Below are positions 39,792 through 49,960 of a stretch of 64,000 nucleotides of DNA, piece by piece (the stretch's first letter is position 1; the number at the start of each line of letters is the position of its first letter). The translations under genes were made by a program, and so were the position numbers. The notes under the pieces were generated by a model that was given only the letters and a program-made list of their open reading frames with translations, had not been told where the DNA came from and searched no databases. Source of the DNA: an uncultured cyanobacterium (lineage in GTDB: Bacteria > Cyanobacteriota > Cyanobacteriia > Cyanobacteriales > Nostocaceae); the NCBI GenBank assembly GCA_963740315.1, contig CAVUDP010000002.1, positions 3,616,001 to 3,680,000 of the forward strand, read 5' to 3'.

Positions 39792-40589
39792 ATGATTAAT
39801 CCCTTGCGTATAAAACGAATGATAGCAACCATTATCTTCATCTACCTAACCTTCGCTATCTACATCTACTTCCAAGCAGATAGCATGATTTTCTTACCTC
39901 AACCTTCTAGCTATCAAGACACTAACGAAATAATCAAACTAACTAGCGAAGATGGAACCAAACTTTCCGCAATTCACTTATTAAACCCCAACGCGAAATA
40001 CACAATTCTTTTCGCTCATGGTAATGCATCCGATTTAGGTACTATCCAACCCAGACTAGAAGAATTAGAAAATATTGGCTTCAGCGTCTTTGCTTACGAT
40101 TATCGCGGCTATGGTACTAGTGAAGGAAAACCCTCGGAAAAAAATGCTTATAAAGATATTGATACGGCTTACAATTATTTAACCCAAGAATTAAAAATAC
40201 CACCCCAACAAATAATAGTATTTGGACGTTCCGTCGGAGGAGGTTCGGCAATAGATTTAGCTGCTCGAAAACCAGTTGCTGGTTTAATTACCGAAAGTAC
40301 TTTCATTTCAGCATTTAAAGTTAAAGTGCCTTTTCGGCTTTTACCGTTTGATAGATTTCCTAATTTAGAAAAAATTAAAAAAGTCAAATGTCCGGTATTG
40401 ATAATGCATGGAAAAATTGATGATATTGTTCCTTTCTATCACAGCGAAAAATTATTCCAGCAAGCACCTCCACCAAAACTTTATTTATGGGTTGAAGAAG
40501 CGAATCATAATGATTTTACCTATGCCGCTGGGGAAAGATATACAAAAGTTTTAAAAGAGTTTATGGAATTAGTTGATAATTATTCATAA
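39792..40589 (+). CDS. Alpha/beta hydrolase (ABHD17/BEM46-like)
   Basis: HGNA, DYRGYG.S.G, GRSVG nucleophile elbow, HGKIDDIVP, ANHND. Confidence 0.9.
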   Translation: MINPLRIKRMIATIIFIYLTFAIYIYFQADSMIFLPQPSSYQDTNEIIKLTSEDGTKLSAIHLLNPNAKYTILFAHGNASDLGTIQPRLEELENIGFSVFAYDYRGYGTSEGKPSEKNAYKDIDTAYNYLTQELKIPPQQIIVFGRSVGGGSAIDLAARKPVAGLITESTFISAFKVKVPFRLLPFDRFPNLEKIKKVKCPVLIMHGKIDDIVPFYHSEKLFQQAPPPKLYLWVEEANHNDFTYAAGERYTKVLKEFMELVDNYS

Positions 40590-40617
40590 CAGTTCAAATA
40601 TCTATTACTAAAACTTT

Positions 40618-41442
40618 ATGCCAGAAGGACCAGAAATCAAACAAGCAGCAGACAAAATTTCTTCTGCTATAACTCACTCTCCCGTAGAAGAAATATTCTT
40701 TGCATTTGAACGTCTCAAACCATACGAATCGCAATTAAAACACCATCGCATCACAACAATAGAGACTAAAGGTAAAGCGATGTTGATTCACTTCGATAAC
40801 GAACTTACTATTTACAGTCACAATCAACTTTACGGTAAATGGATGGTGCGTAAAGCTTACAATTATCCTAAAACTAACCGTCAGTTACGTTTAGCAATTC
40901 ACAATCAACAAAATTCAGCATTATTATATAGTGCTTCCGATATTGAAGTTTTAAATAAAGACGAATTAGCACTTCATCCATTTCTTAATCGTCTTGGTCC
41001 CGATATTTTAGATGAAACACTTAATTTAGAACAGGTAATTAATAGATTGCAGGATAAAAAGTTTTGCAAAAAGCGTTTTGCTACTTTATTTCTTGACCAG
41101 CATTTTCTTGCAGGCAACGGTAATTATTTACGTAGCGAAGTTTTATTTGTTGCAAAAGTACATCCTATTTTACGTCCCATAGATTGCGATCGAATACAAC
41201 TGCAAAAACTTGCCCAAGCAGCGCTTGCTGTTCCCAAACAATCTTATCAAACGAAAGGTATTACTAATGATTTAGAGTTAGCAGCAAAATTGAAAGCAAA
41301 GGGATACAAGCGACAGGAATACCGTCATTGGGTATTCGGACGCGAAAATAAACCCTGCTATATTTGCAGCACTTCTATTATTAAAGAAATTACTGCCGGG
41401 AGGCGGTATTATTATTGTCCAAATTGTCAAAAACAAGATTAA
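40618..41442 (+). CDS. nei: Endonuclease VIII
   Basis: MPEGPE, GKAML, YSHNQLYG.W, GNYLRSE and a C-terminal CxxC...CPNCQ zinc finger. Confidence 0.9.
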   Translation: MPEGPEIKQAADKISSAITHSPVEEIFFAFERLKPYESQLKHHRITTIETKGKAMLIHFDNELTIYSHNQLYGKWMVRKAYNYPKTNRQLRLAIHNQQNSALLYSASDIEVLNKDELALHPFLNRLGPDILDETLNLEQVINRLQDKKFCKKRFATLFLDQHFLAGNGNYLRSEVLFVAKVHPILRPIDCDRIQLQKLAQAALAVPKQSYQTKGITNDLELAAKLKAKGYKRQEYRHWVFGRENKPCYICSTSIIKEITAGRRYYYCPNCQKQD

Positions 41443-41979
41443 TCACATACAATTATCAATTGTAATAATTTTAGCTTTTGATAAACCTTATATTGTTCAA
41501 ATAACAGGTTTTTTAATTTTTATAGATGATTTATAATTCCATTTAATTCTGAGTATCGCTAGCTAAATGTAAACATTCTTAACTTTTATTAACTATTGAG
41601 AAACTATTTTAAAGACCTTAATTGTTACTTGTTTACAAATATTAATTGTTAAACGATAGTATATACTCAGTTTTAAGTGAACTTTTATGAATATACTAAT
41701 TAAGAGTAAATTAATAAAAGTTGTAAACTTTCTCCTCAGTTTATTCGTATTTTAAATCACAAAACATTAATTATAATTTAGAAAACTTATCCAATCTCTC
41801 ATTTGTTTGCGATCGCATAGCTTTGTAGAATAGTTAATTCTTAAAATTTATCAACTAATAACTCAATATATTAAGTTTTTTAGAACAGCTGTTTGGGGTT
41901 GTGACTTAATACCGGACATTGCTGTTTAAATTGTGTATCCTGAAAACAACCCATCAAAATTTCATGAAATAGAGGTGTA

Positions 41980-42216
41980 ATGACTCCTAAAATTATGCGT
42001 CAACTTTGGACGGTGGTTGAAAAAACCCAAACCAAGACTTTGTTGCAAATGGATGATGCTAGCTTGGTTGAGTTGTTAGCAAAACAAACAAAAAACCAAG
42101 CATCGCTAGATTGCTGCGAAACCGATTTTCTTTGCGATTACATTCAATCCCGACTTCCTCTTATCCGCGATATAGCCTATGAACGCCAACACAATTTACA
42201 ATCAACCTACAGATAA
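41980..42216 (+). CDS. Small hypothetical protein
   Basis: 78 aa with a GAGGTG RBS. Confidence 0.7.
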   Translation: MTPKIMRQLWTVVEKTQTKTLLQMDDASLVELLAKQTKNQASLDCCETDFLCDYIQSRLPLIRDIAYERQHNLQSTYR

Positions 42217-42278
42217 ACTTGTTCAAAAATCATTACCAGATTTTGACAAACAACCCACGCTACATTCATCGAAAATAA

Positions 42279-43463
42279 TTAGCGATCGCCGCTCGGTAAG
42301 TATCCGCTCACCAAACAATCAGAACCTACAATTCTCATCTCTACACGTTCCAAAGATAGCGCTTGAGTCATTGTATTAAAACCTAAATCTCCTACTGGTG
42401 TGGGAGCATTACTCCCACCAATAATTTTCGGGGCTATAAACGCTAGTACTTTTTGTACTGCTCCAGAAGCGATCGCACTTGCTGCTAAGATTCCTCCACA
42501 TTCCCACAGCACGCTACAAAAACCCAACTCATATAGATAAGCCATTGCTTTTTCGGGTGTGAGTGGGGATAATTCCACTACTTCTACGCCTTGTTTTCGT
42601 AAAATTTCTTGTAAATCTGGGTTGGCTCCAGCTTCTGTTAATACAACTGTAGGAGCATCAGTTGTTTGCCAAAGATGTGCTTGTGTGGGCAAATCCAGAC
42701 TCCGGCTCATAACTACTCGTAGGGGATTGTGCGCTTCTATCAAGCGAGAAGTTAGACGGGGATTATCTTGACGTACTGTATTCCCGCCAACAACTACAGC
42801 ATCGCATCCAGCCCGTAACTGTCTAACTGCATTGCGGGCATCTTGATTTGTTACCCAAGCACTATGACCTGTGGTAGTGGCAATTTTACCATCCAAAGTC
42901 ATAGCGTATTTCAAGATACCCAAAGGCTTTTTATAAAGAATGCGATGAATAAAACCTTCATTCAACTTGCGACAAGCTTCTTCTTCTACACCCGAAACTA
43001 CTTCTATTCCAGCTTCTTGCAAACGTTTAATTCCGCCTCCAGCAACTAATGGATTTGGATCTACCATACCCACCACAGCTTTTGCCAATCCTGCGGCTAC
43101 CACAGCCTCCGAACAAGGGGGAGTACGTCCGTGGTGATTGCAGGGTTCTAAGCTGACATAAATAGTGGCTCCACGAGCATTTTCCCCAGCGGCTCTGAGC
43201 GCGAAAACTTCCGCATGAGGTTCGCCAGCGCGGGGATGAAAACCTTCTCCAATAATTTCGCCATCCTTAACAATAACCGCTCCTACCATTGGATTTGGTG
43301 AAGTACGTCCCAAAGCACGACGAGCCAGTTCCAAACAGCGCTGCATCATCCTTTTATCGAAATCGCTCCCAACTGGCGATCGCAATTTTAATTCATCTTC
43401 TTTTTCTTTTTGGGTATTAGATATCAATTTATCTGCACTATGGTTGGCAGGAGAATTGTTCAT
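42279..43463 (-). CDS. ribD: Bifunctional diaminohydroxyphosphoribosylaminopyrimidine deaminase/reductase
   Basis: PNPMVGAV, HAE, LEPCNHHGRTPPC, MTLDGKIA. Confidence 0.96.
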   Translation of the reverse strand: MNNSPANHSADKLISNTQKEKEDELKLRSPVGSDFDKRMMQRCLELARRALGRTSPNPMVGAVIVKDGEIIGEGFHPRAGEPHAEVFALRAAGENARGATIYVSLEPCNHHGRTPPCSEAVVAAGLAKAVVGMVDPNPLVAGGGIKRLQEAGIEVVSGVEEEACRKLNEGFIHRILYKKPLGILKYAMTLDGKIATTTGHSAWVTNQDARNAVRQLRAGCDAVVVGGNTVRQDNPRLTSRLIEAHNPLRVVMSRSLDLPTQAHLWQTTDAPTVVLTEAGANPDLQEILRKQGVEVVELSPLTPEKAMAYLYELGFCSVLWECGGILAASAIASGAVQKVLAFIAPKIIGGSNAPTPVGDLGFNTMTQALSLERVEMRIVGSDCLVSGYLPSGDR

Positions 43464-43709
43464 AATAAAGACAACTTGCGTTTTGGTTTTTGCGTAAATA
43501 TAATCAATTTTCTATCTAAATTAGGAAACAAAAGTATCAATTCAGTCAGATAAATTGACACAAACCCGATAAAAGCCTGCGATATAAAAACTTTAATCAA
43601 TCCTTGCATCCATATTGCCACCAGCACAAGAAATTCTAAAAAAATATTCCCACAAAATTAAGGAGGAAGGAATCAATCGGTCTTAACCGGGATTCCTTCC
43701 TCCTTTAAT

Positions 43710-43895
43710 TGGAGATGGGGAGATGGGGAGATGGGGAGATGGGGGAGAGGGGGAGATGGGGGAGAGGGGGGGATGGGGAGATGGGGAAGAGGGGGGAGAG
43801 GGGGAGACAAGGAGAGGGGGGGACAAGGGGAATTTTAACCTTCGACCTTTGACCTTTAACATGCATATCTATGCCCAATGCCCCATACCAAATTA
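43710..43895. repeat. G-rich octamer repeats (GGGGAGAT/G)n plus heptamer/AAAGGT element downstream of mreD
   Basis: Read directly from the sequence. Confidence 0.85.
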
Positions 43896-44522
43896 AATCG
43901 ATTGCTCGGCTAACTTCAACTGTTGCCACCAACGATTTAAAGGATAGTAAACTACGGGTGCCCACAGACTGCTAAGAATAGCGGAAGCTAGAGTCACTTT
44001 TTTGTAATATGCCCAAATCACATCTGAGCTAGCAGTACCTTTTGCAATCAACTGCAAAGCAAAAATCGTATCTGATAAAATAGCCATCACGAAGACGATT
44101 AAAGCAATAGAAATAAAATCTTCTTGGATAAAACGCTGTTTTTGAAACAAACCTATTAAAAAACCTACCAAGCCCAAACTTAAAGCATGAGTTGGTTGGG
44201 ATGATGTCATTCCATCTTGAAGCAAACCTAAAACTATGCCCGCAAAAGCACCTTGAAACGCCGATCGCTTGACACTCCAAGCCACAACCCAAATTAACAG
44301 CCAGTTAGCCCCAATTCCCAACAATTCCATACCGGGAAAGCGATTTGGTAACAGAAATAAACATAATAATACAGACGCAGCGATTATTCCCCAATCTGTG
44401 AATTGACGCAAGCTAGGATGCCAACGAGAAAGAGGTTTGATGCGTTTTTTAGGTTTTTTGCGTCGGGATGGGGGCTGTGCAGAAGTTTGTTTCTTCTTCT
44501 CCCTAGATTTGAGAATTTTCAT
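43893..44522 (-). CDS. mreD: Rod shape-determining protein MreD
   Basis: Multi-TM protein with GIVLGLLQD; third gene of mreBCD. Confidence 0.88.
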   Translation of the reverse strand: MKILKSREKKKQTSAQPPSRRKKPKKRIKPLSRWHPSLRQFTDWGIIAASVLLCLFLLPNRFPGMELLGIGANWLLIWVVAWSVKRSAFQGAFAGIVLGLLQDGMTSSQPTHALSLGLVGFLIGLFQKQRFIQEDFISIALIVFVMAILSDTIFALQLIAKGTASSDVIWAYYKKVTLASAILSSLWAPVVYYPLNRWWQQLKLAEQSI

Positions 44523-44547
44523 CTTACTTACGGCTTAATCTTATATC

Positions 44548-45321
44548 TTAATTTTTAGGTGCACTTACGGCTGGCTTGGGATTAACCGTTACCCAGTCAA
44601 GAGAACGAATCGGTGGAAAAAGCTCTACTGTTGCAACTGATGCGGGAAGTCTCTTTAAATCTAATGATTTTATTTTTCCTATAGGTACGCCCGAAGGAAA
44701 CTTTGAACTATAAGTTGATGTAGAAACCACATCTCCAGGTTTTACATTAGGAACTTTCTCATAAAATTCCAACACTGCATCAGCAGAACCATCTCCTTGT
44801 AAAATACCTTTAGCTCCAGTGCGGCTAACATTTACCCCTACTTGTGAATTCATATCGCTGATTAACAGCACGCGGCTAGTATTGGCAGTTACGCTGTCTA
44901 TCAACCCAACCAAACCGCCTTCAGCTTTAACGATATAACCGGATTTGATTCCCATAAGGCTACCGCGATTTAAAGTCACCTGCTGCCACCAATTATCTGC
45001 ACTACGCCCAACCACGCGAGCCGGAACTGTAGGTGCATCTTTTGGTTCTTTTTCTACATACTTTAATAAAGCTTTGAGATTCTTATTCTGGCTTTCTAAT
45101 TCAACTATCTTAGTTTGCAGTTCCTGTACCTTGGCATCCTTAAGATATTCTTCTTGATTTGGTTTGGTTTGGAACACCTCAAGCGGACGAGTAATACTGT
45201 CATAGAACTCAACCAAAAGTTCACCTTGAGTTTGGCGAACGAATACAGCACCACCAACCACTAAAACTAATAACCCTAAATGTAATCCTTTACGCTCCCA
45301 CCAGCGACGTACAGTAAACAT
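44548..45321 (-). CDS. mreC: Rod shape-determining protein MreC
   Basis: TM plus coiled coil, ARVVGRS, TLNRG, SRVLLISD, FPSGVPIG. Confidence 0.93.
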   Translation of the reverse strand: MFTVRRWWERKGLHLGLLVLVVGGAVFVRQTQGELLVEFYDSITRPLEVFQTKPNQEEYLKDAKVQELQTKIVELESQNKNLKALLKYVEKEPKDAPTVPARVVGRSADNWWQQVTLNRGSLMGIKSGYIVKAEGGLVGLIDSVTANTSRVLLISDMNSQVGVNVSRTGAKGILQGDGSADAVLEFYEKVPNVKPGDVVSTSTYSSKFPSGVPIGKIKSLDLKRLPASVATVELFPPIRSLDWVTVNPKPAVSAPKN

Positions 45322-45413
45322 ATAAACCTTTGTATAGCAAAATTTTAATTTATTTAATTAAGAAGATATCGGATTTTATAAAGAATCCAATATCTTACAT
45401 AGCGATCGCGTTC

Positions 45414-46457
45414 CTACATATTGCGAGAACGTCCGCTGAATACCCGTTCTAACTGCTTGAAATTTTCTAAAACGCGACCAGTACCCAAAACCACACAGCT
45501 TAAAGGGTCGGCTGCAATGTGTGTTACAATTCCCGTTTCATGACTGATTAAAGTATCTATGCCTTTTAGCAAAGCACCACCACCAGCAAGCATAATACCC
45601 CTGTCAATAATATCTGCTGCCAATTCTGGAGGTGTACGTTCTAACGTCCGCTTCACCGCTTCAATAATAACTGAAAGCGGTTCAGCCATACTTTCACGGA
45701 TTTCTGGTCCTTTAATTGTTACCGTTCTTGGCAGACCAGAAAGTAGATGTAAACCTCTAACTTCCATGATCGCTTCTTCATCATCATGAGTCGGATAAGC
45801 AGAACCAATACGAATCTTGATATCTTCTGCTGTACGTTCCCCAATCACCAAGTTATGAACTTTCTTCATATACTGGGTAATTGATTCGGTTAATTCATCT
45901 CCAGCAATACGTACTGATTCGCTCAGCACCGTACCTTGAAGACTCAATACTGCAACTTCAGTGGTACCACCACCAATATCAATAATCATGTTACCAGTAG
46001 GCTCGGCTACTGGCAGTCCTGCCCCAATGGCTGCTGCTACAGGTTCATCGATTAGATAAACTTCTCTAGCCCCTGCTTGGGAAGCAGCATCCATCACAGC
46101 CCTTCTTTCAACCCCAGTGACACCACTAGGGATGCCAATTACAATTCTAGGTAAAACTAAAGATTTGCCCTCGTTAACGCGCTGAATAAAATGCTTCAGC
46201 ATCAACTCAGCAGTATCAAAGTCAGCAATTACACCATCGCGTAAAGGACGCAATGCGATTACATTCCCAGGAGTCCTACCGAGCATTTTCTTCGCATCTT
46301 CTCCAACAGCCAGCGCTACCTTTTCAATTTGATCTATGGCAACAACTGACGGCTCTTGGAGTACAATGCCTTTACCAGAAACATAAACGAGAGTGTTAGC
46401 AGTACCCAGGTCGATACCCATATCCCGCGACAAGGAAAACTTACTGAAAAGACCCAC
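45414..46457 (-). CDS. mreB: Rod shape-determining protein MreB
   Basis: GIDLGTANT, EPSVVA, RPLRDGVIADF, DIGGGTTEVA. Confidence 0.98.
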   Translation of the reverse strand: MGLFSKFSLSRDMGIDLGTANTLVYVSGKGIVLQEPSVVAIDQIEKVALAVGEDAKKMLGRTPGNVIALRPLRDGVIADFDTAELMLKHFIQRVNEGKSLVLPRIVIGIPSGVTGVERRAVMDAASQAGAREVYLIDEPVAAAIGAGLPVAEPTGNMIIDIGGGTTEVAVLSLQGTVLSESVRIAGDELTESITQYMKKVHNLVIGERTAEDIKIRIGSAYPTHDDEEAIMEVRGLHLLSGLPRTVTIKGPEIRESMAEPLSVIIEAVKRTLERTPPELAADIIDRGIMLAGGGALLKGIDTLISHETGIVTHIAADPLSCVVLGTGRVLENFKQLERVFSGRSRNM

Positions 46458-46789
46458 GCGTTTCTACGCCCCCTATTCTGGTTACTTTTTACTACGACAG
46501 AAATACTCAATCGTGCTGGATTTTATTATTTTTTTTGACCTTAGTCTAGTAAAGTAGATTAACTTTTTATATATCTTTCTGAATCTTTACCATATCCAGT
46601 CCCCTTTGAGTTTTATCTTCTTGGATTTAATCGATCTATCAGTATGCTTTTGCAATTTAGGTATAGTTATTTTTATCATCTATTTGATAAATTATGTTGT
46701 TAATTATTTAACACTACGCCAAATGTGTTCTAATCCGCTATTATAAGAATCAGCATTTCAAAGTACACTAGTACTAAAAGCAGAAACAT

Positions 46790-47149
46790 ATGAGTATTAA
46801 TGTTGTTCACCTTGTTGGTCGTGTAGGTACCAACCCCGAAATGAGATATTTTGACTCTGGTAGTGTCAAGTGTAGATTAACACTAGCAGTAGACCGCCGT
46901 AGAAAAGACAGCGGACCAGATTGGTTTAACCTCGAACTGTGGGGTAAAACAGCAGAGATTGCCAATAGTTACGTGCGTAAGGGTAAACAAATCGCCGTCA
47001 GAGGTTCCCTGAAGTTAGATAGCTGGAACGATCGCGAAACAGGGGTACTTCGTTCTTCGCCAGTGATTAATGTAGATGAACTACAGTTGTTAGGTTCAAA
47101 GAGAGATTCCGAAACTGAAGCGATCGATAACAGTCCAGAACATTTTTAA
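46790..47149 (+). CDS. ssb: Single-stranded DNA-binding protein
   Basis: INVVHLVGRVG, WGKTAE...KG..IAV.G, acidic tail ending PEHF. Confidence 0.93.
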   Translation: MSINVVHLVGRVGTNPEMRYFDSGSVKCRLTLAVDRRRKDSGPDWFNLELWGKTAEIANSYVRKGKQIAVRGSLKLDSWNDRETGVLRSSPVINVDELQLLGSKRDSETEAIDNSPEHF

Positions 47150-47511
47150 TTAGTTGTTAGTTGTTAGTTGTTAGTTGTTAGTTGTTTGATAATTATGGAT
47201 CGCTATCTTTGTTTTAGTTATCCATAAATCGCATATCAAGGCAACAAAAGTCAGAGGATATCTTAAAAGTATCTGGCAACAAGTGCTACTACACAAACGA
47301 CGACCTCAACTAAACTAATGAATTCTTAACCCGCTCCCACGGCGGGTTTTGCTTGTTTAGTAACAGTTTCAACCGTCCGTTAAACTACTAAATTAGACTT
47401 TTAATTTTAACTTTCAACTCCCCTTTCTAAATAGCTACGGGAATCGAAGCAATATTCAACCAGTAACAACTAACAACTAACCACTAACAACTAACAACTA
47501 ACAACTAACAA

Positions 47512-48258
47512 CTAATAACTAATTCGTAACGTAACAGATGCTCCTACTTCTTGTTCCCCGCCAACTACAGGAGTGGGTGCAGCTTCTGACAATGCTGCTT
47601 GTGGAACTGGATTCCGATACATAATTGGAGAGGGCATAGAAGCATTTCCGACTTGAATATTAACTATTTCTTTCGGCGTAAAACCCAAGCTGGAAAAAAC
47701 TGCATCGGCTTGTTTTCGAGCATCTTGAGTTGCTTCTTTGAGTGCTTGCTGTCTTGCTTGAGTTGTTGCTTCTTCGGTAGCTACAAATTGAACGCTATCA
47801 ATTCGCGTTGCACCGGCTTTTATCGCTTCATCCAATAAATTACCAGTTTTTTCGGTAGGTACGCGGAAACTGACGATATTTGTAGCTTCATAACCTTCAA
47901 TTTTCCGTACATTGTCTTTGTAACTGTACGCTGGATTGAGTCGGATGCCGGTGGTTTCTAACTTCTCTACATTTCGCGATTTAAGTAACGTTACTACAGC
48001 ATTAGATTTACGAGCGGCTTCTTGCTGTACAACGTTTGCTGTTTTACCGTTCACCTGCACTCCCAAACTCACTTTAGACAAAGTTGTAGGAATCGTTTCT
48101 ACTCCTTGTCCGGTAACTGTTAATGTTCTTAACATTATTTTCTCTTCTGCCCAACCAGGTTGAACGGAAGCAACGGTGACTAAAAACGCAATGGGTAAAG
48201 TTTTCCATAAATTTTTGTAACCTTGCAATTTATAGCCGAATAATTGCACTTTATTCAT
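47512..48258 (-). CDS. SIMPL (DUF541) domain protein
   Basis: Signal peptide; TLTVTGQG, GYEATN, LLDEAIKAGA, AL.EA..DA. Confidence 0.88.
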   Translation of the reverse strand: MNKVQLFGYKLQGYKNLWKTLPIAFLVTVASVQPGWAEEKIMLRTLTVTGQGVETIPTTLSKVSLGVQVNGKTANVVQQEAARKSNAVVTLLKSRNVEKLETTGIRLNPAYSYKDNVRKIEGYEATNIVSFRVPTEKTGNLLDEAIKAGATRIDSVQFVATEEATTQARQQALKEATQDARKQADAVFSSLGFTPKEIVNIQVGNASMPSPIMYRNPVPQAALSEAAPTPVVGGEQEVGASVTLRISY

Positions 48259-48419
48259 AATATTTTACTCCTAATTAAATTATTATCTTTGATATTTTAC
48301 TTAGAGTATTTACTGAGTTTCAATGTTCCTGTTTGTTGAATCAGTTTTGAAAAAAGAAAACGGTAGAGTGTATAGAAAAAGATTTATGATTTGATTTAAT
48401 TACAAATAAAGGATCGGAG

Positions 48420-48830
48420 ATGAATTGGTTATTGAAAACCGAACCTAACGAGTATTCCTATGCCGATTTAGAAAAAGAAAAGACTGCGGTATGGGATGGA
48501 GTCAAAAATGCACTTGCTCTTAAAAATATGCGTACAATGCGGACGGGTGAAGAAGCATTGATTTATCATACTGGTAAAGAACGAAGAATTATCGGAGTTG
48601 CACGAGTCGCGAGTATTGCATATCCCGATCCAAAATTAAACGATCTTAAAAGATTGGTTATAAATATACAGGCAGTACGGAAATTGACCGAGCCTATTAC
48701 TTTAAAGCAAATCAAGCAAGACGAAAAATTTGTCGGTTTTGATTTATTGCGCTTGCCGAGACTATCAATAGTTCCAGTTTTACCTGAATATTGGCAGCGC
48801 TTACTACAGAAAGAGGGCGATATTCGCTAA
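48420..48830 (+). CDS. EVE domain protein
   Basis: WLLKTEP, WDGVKN, YHTG, RLSIVPV. Confidence 0.92.
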   Translation: MNWLLKTEPNEYSYADLEKEKTAVWDGVKNALALKNMRTMRTGEEALIYHTGKERRIIGVARVASIAYPDPKLNDLKRLVINIQAVRKLTEPITLKQIKQDEKFVGFDLLRLPRLSIVPVLPEYWQRLLQKEGDIR

Positions 48831-49100
48831 TTTTTTGTTTATTACTATTGACAGGAGAACCGATTTAAGCAGATTCGATCGAGCAGTTACGGTTTAATTA
48901 TGGCAACTTTCCTGATTGGGGTTGCGATCGCAAGTAAAGTTATCACAGGTTTTAGTGTTTTTAATCAACCTCAAATTAATCGCTCCGGGCGATTGGTGTG
49001 GGAATGATTCCTCGAAACGAGGTGGCATTAGCGTTTAATAACTGCGATCGGGGATGGCTATTCTAACCAGCTTTTTGGCTCCTCTATTACGGTTTACCGA
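48831..49100 (+). pseudogene. Decayed C-terminal remnant of a CPA2 Na+/H+ antiporter (NhaS3-like)
   Basis: Frameshifted fragments GLIMATFLIGVAIASKVITGFSVFNQPQINR, AIGVGMIPRNEVAL and AILTSFLAP. Confidence 0.7.
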
Positions 49101-49960
49101 ACCTCAAAAAACGACTACGAAAGAGCAAAAAATGATCTTAGGCAGCCCTTATTTTCCAAAAACTAGTCGTGAAGGGCAAACTGAATCTAACTCAGATTAC
49201 CAAGTTTTTTGTTCATCTTCACAAGTTGAAGCGGCGACGAATAGCTTCACAAGAGTAAGGAAAACAGACCATTTTCTTTCCCAATATTTTGATAACTGTA
49301 AATCTTATAGTCCAAAATTGTGGCAAATATAAAGAAAGTCTCATTGATTACTGTGAATCTAAGCGTTTTCACTTCAGTAAACAAAAAAACACGGTTATAA
49401 AATTATTGATGGTTAAGTGTTTATTATACCAACGGAAACTTATTTCAAAAAATCTCCGTCCCCTTTAATTATAATTTTTACGAGCTTTTTTACATAAAGT
49501 TCGACATCAGTTACTTGAATATTTTTTCAAGTTTTGCATCTGTCCGTACTGCTTTTAAAGCCGATAATTTTTTACTCGGTGCATTGATTACCGCTTCATT
49601 TCAAAATTTCAAAAATGCCTTTGCCCTGCATAATATCTCTAACTAGCATTGACTGTAATAGTTAATTCTTGTTATCTATTTGTGGGTTCAAATAGTATGC
49701 TTTATAGGCAGAATTTATTGCTATAACGACATACAATCAGAATTTCTCGTGCTACAATTTCTAGCCAACAGCTAACCGCGTCCTTTTTTAAGAAGCGTTT
49801 TCAACTGTGGACGTATAGTAGTAAAAAATTGTCTATTCCGGCAAGCAACACTGGTAACATATTTATCTTTAATGACGGTTCTAGCTTTGATAGTACGAGT
49901 AAGAATTGAAACTTTTTATAGATTAACCGCTCTCGTAAATGCGACTTAGGAGAAAGCACT

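Noticed and set aside
39792..41442. Hydrolase and nei as parts of the defence system
   Set aside because: Ordinary families lying outside the repeat/debris boundary; no sequence evidence of a functional link
48420..48830. EVE protein as a modified-DNA restriction component
   Set aside because: Stand-alone, no fused or adjacent nuclease, and about 9 kb from the RM island
49054..49332. 92-aa ORF as a functional gene
   Set aside because: It begins in the antiporter remnant and runs into non-coding-looking sequence
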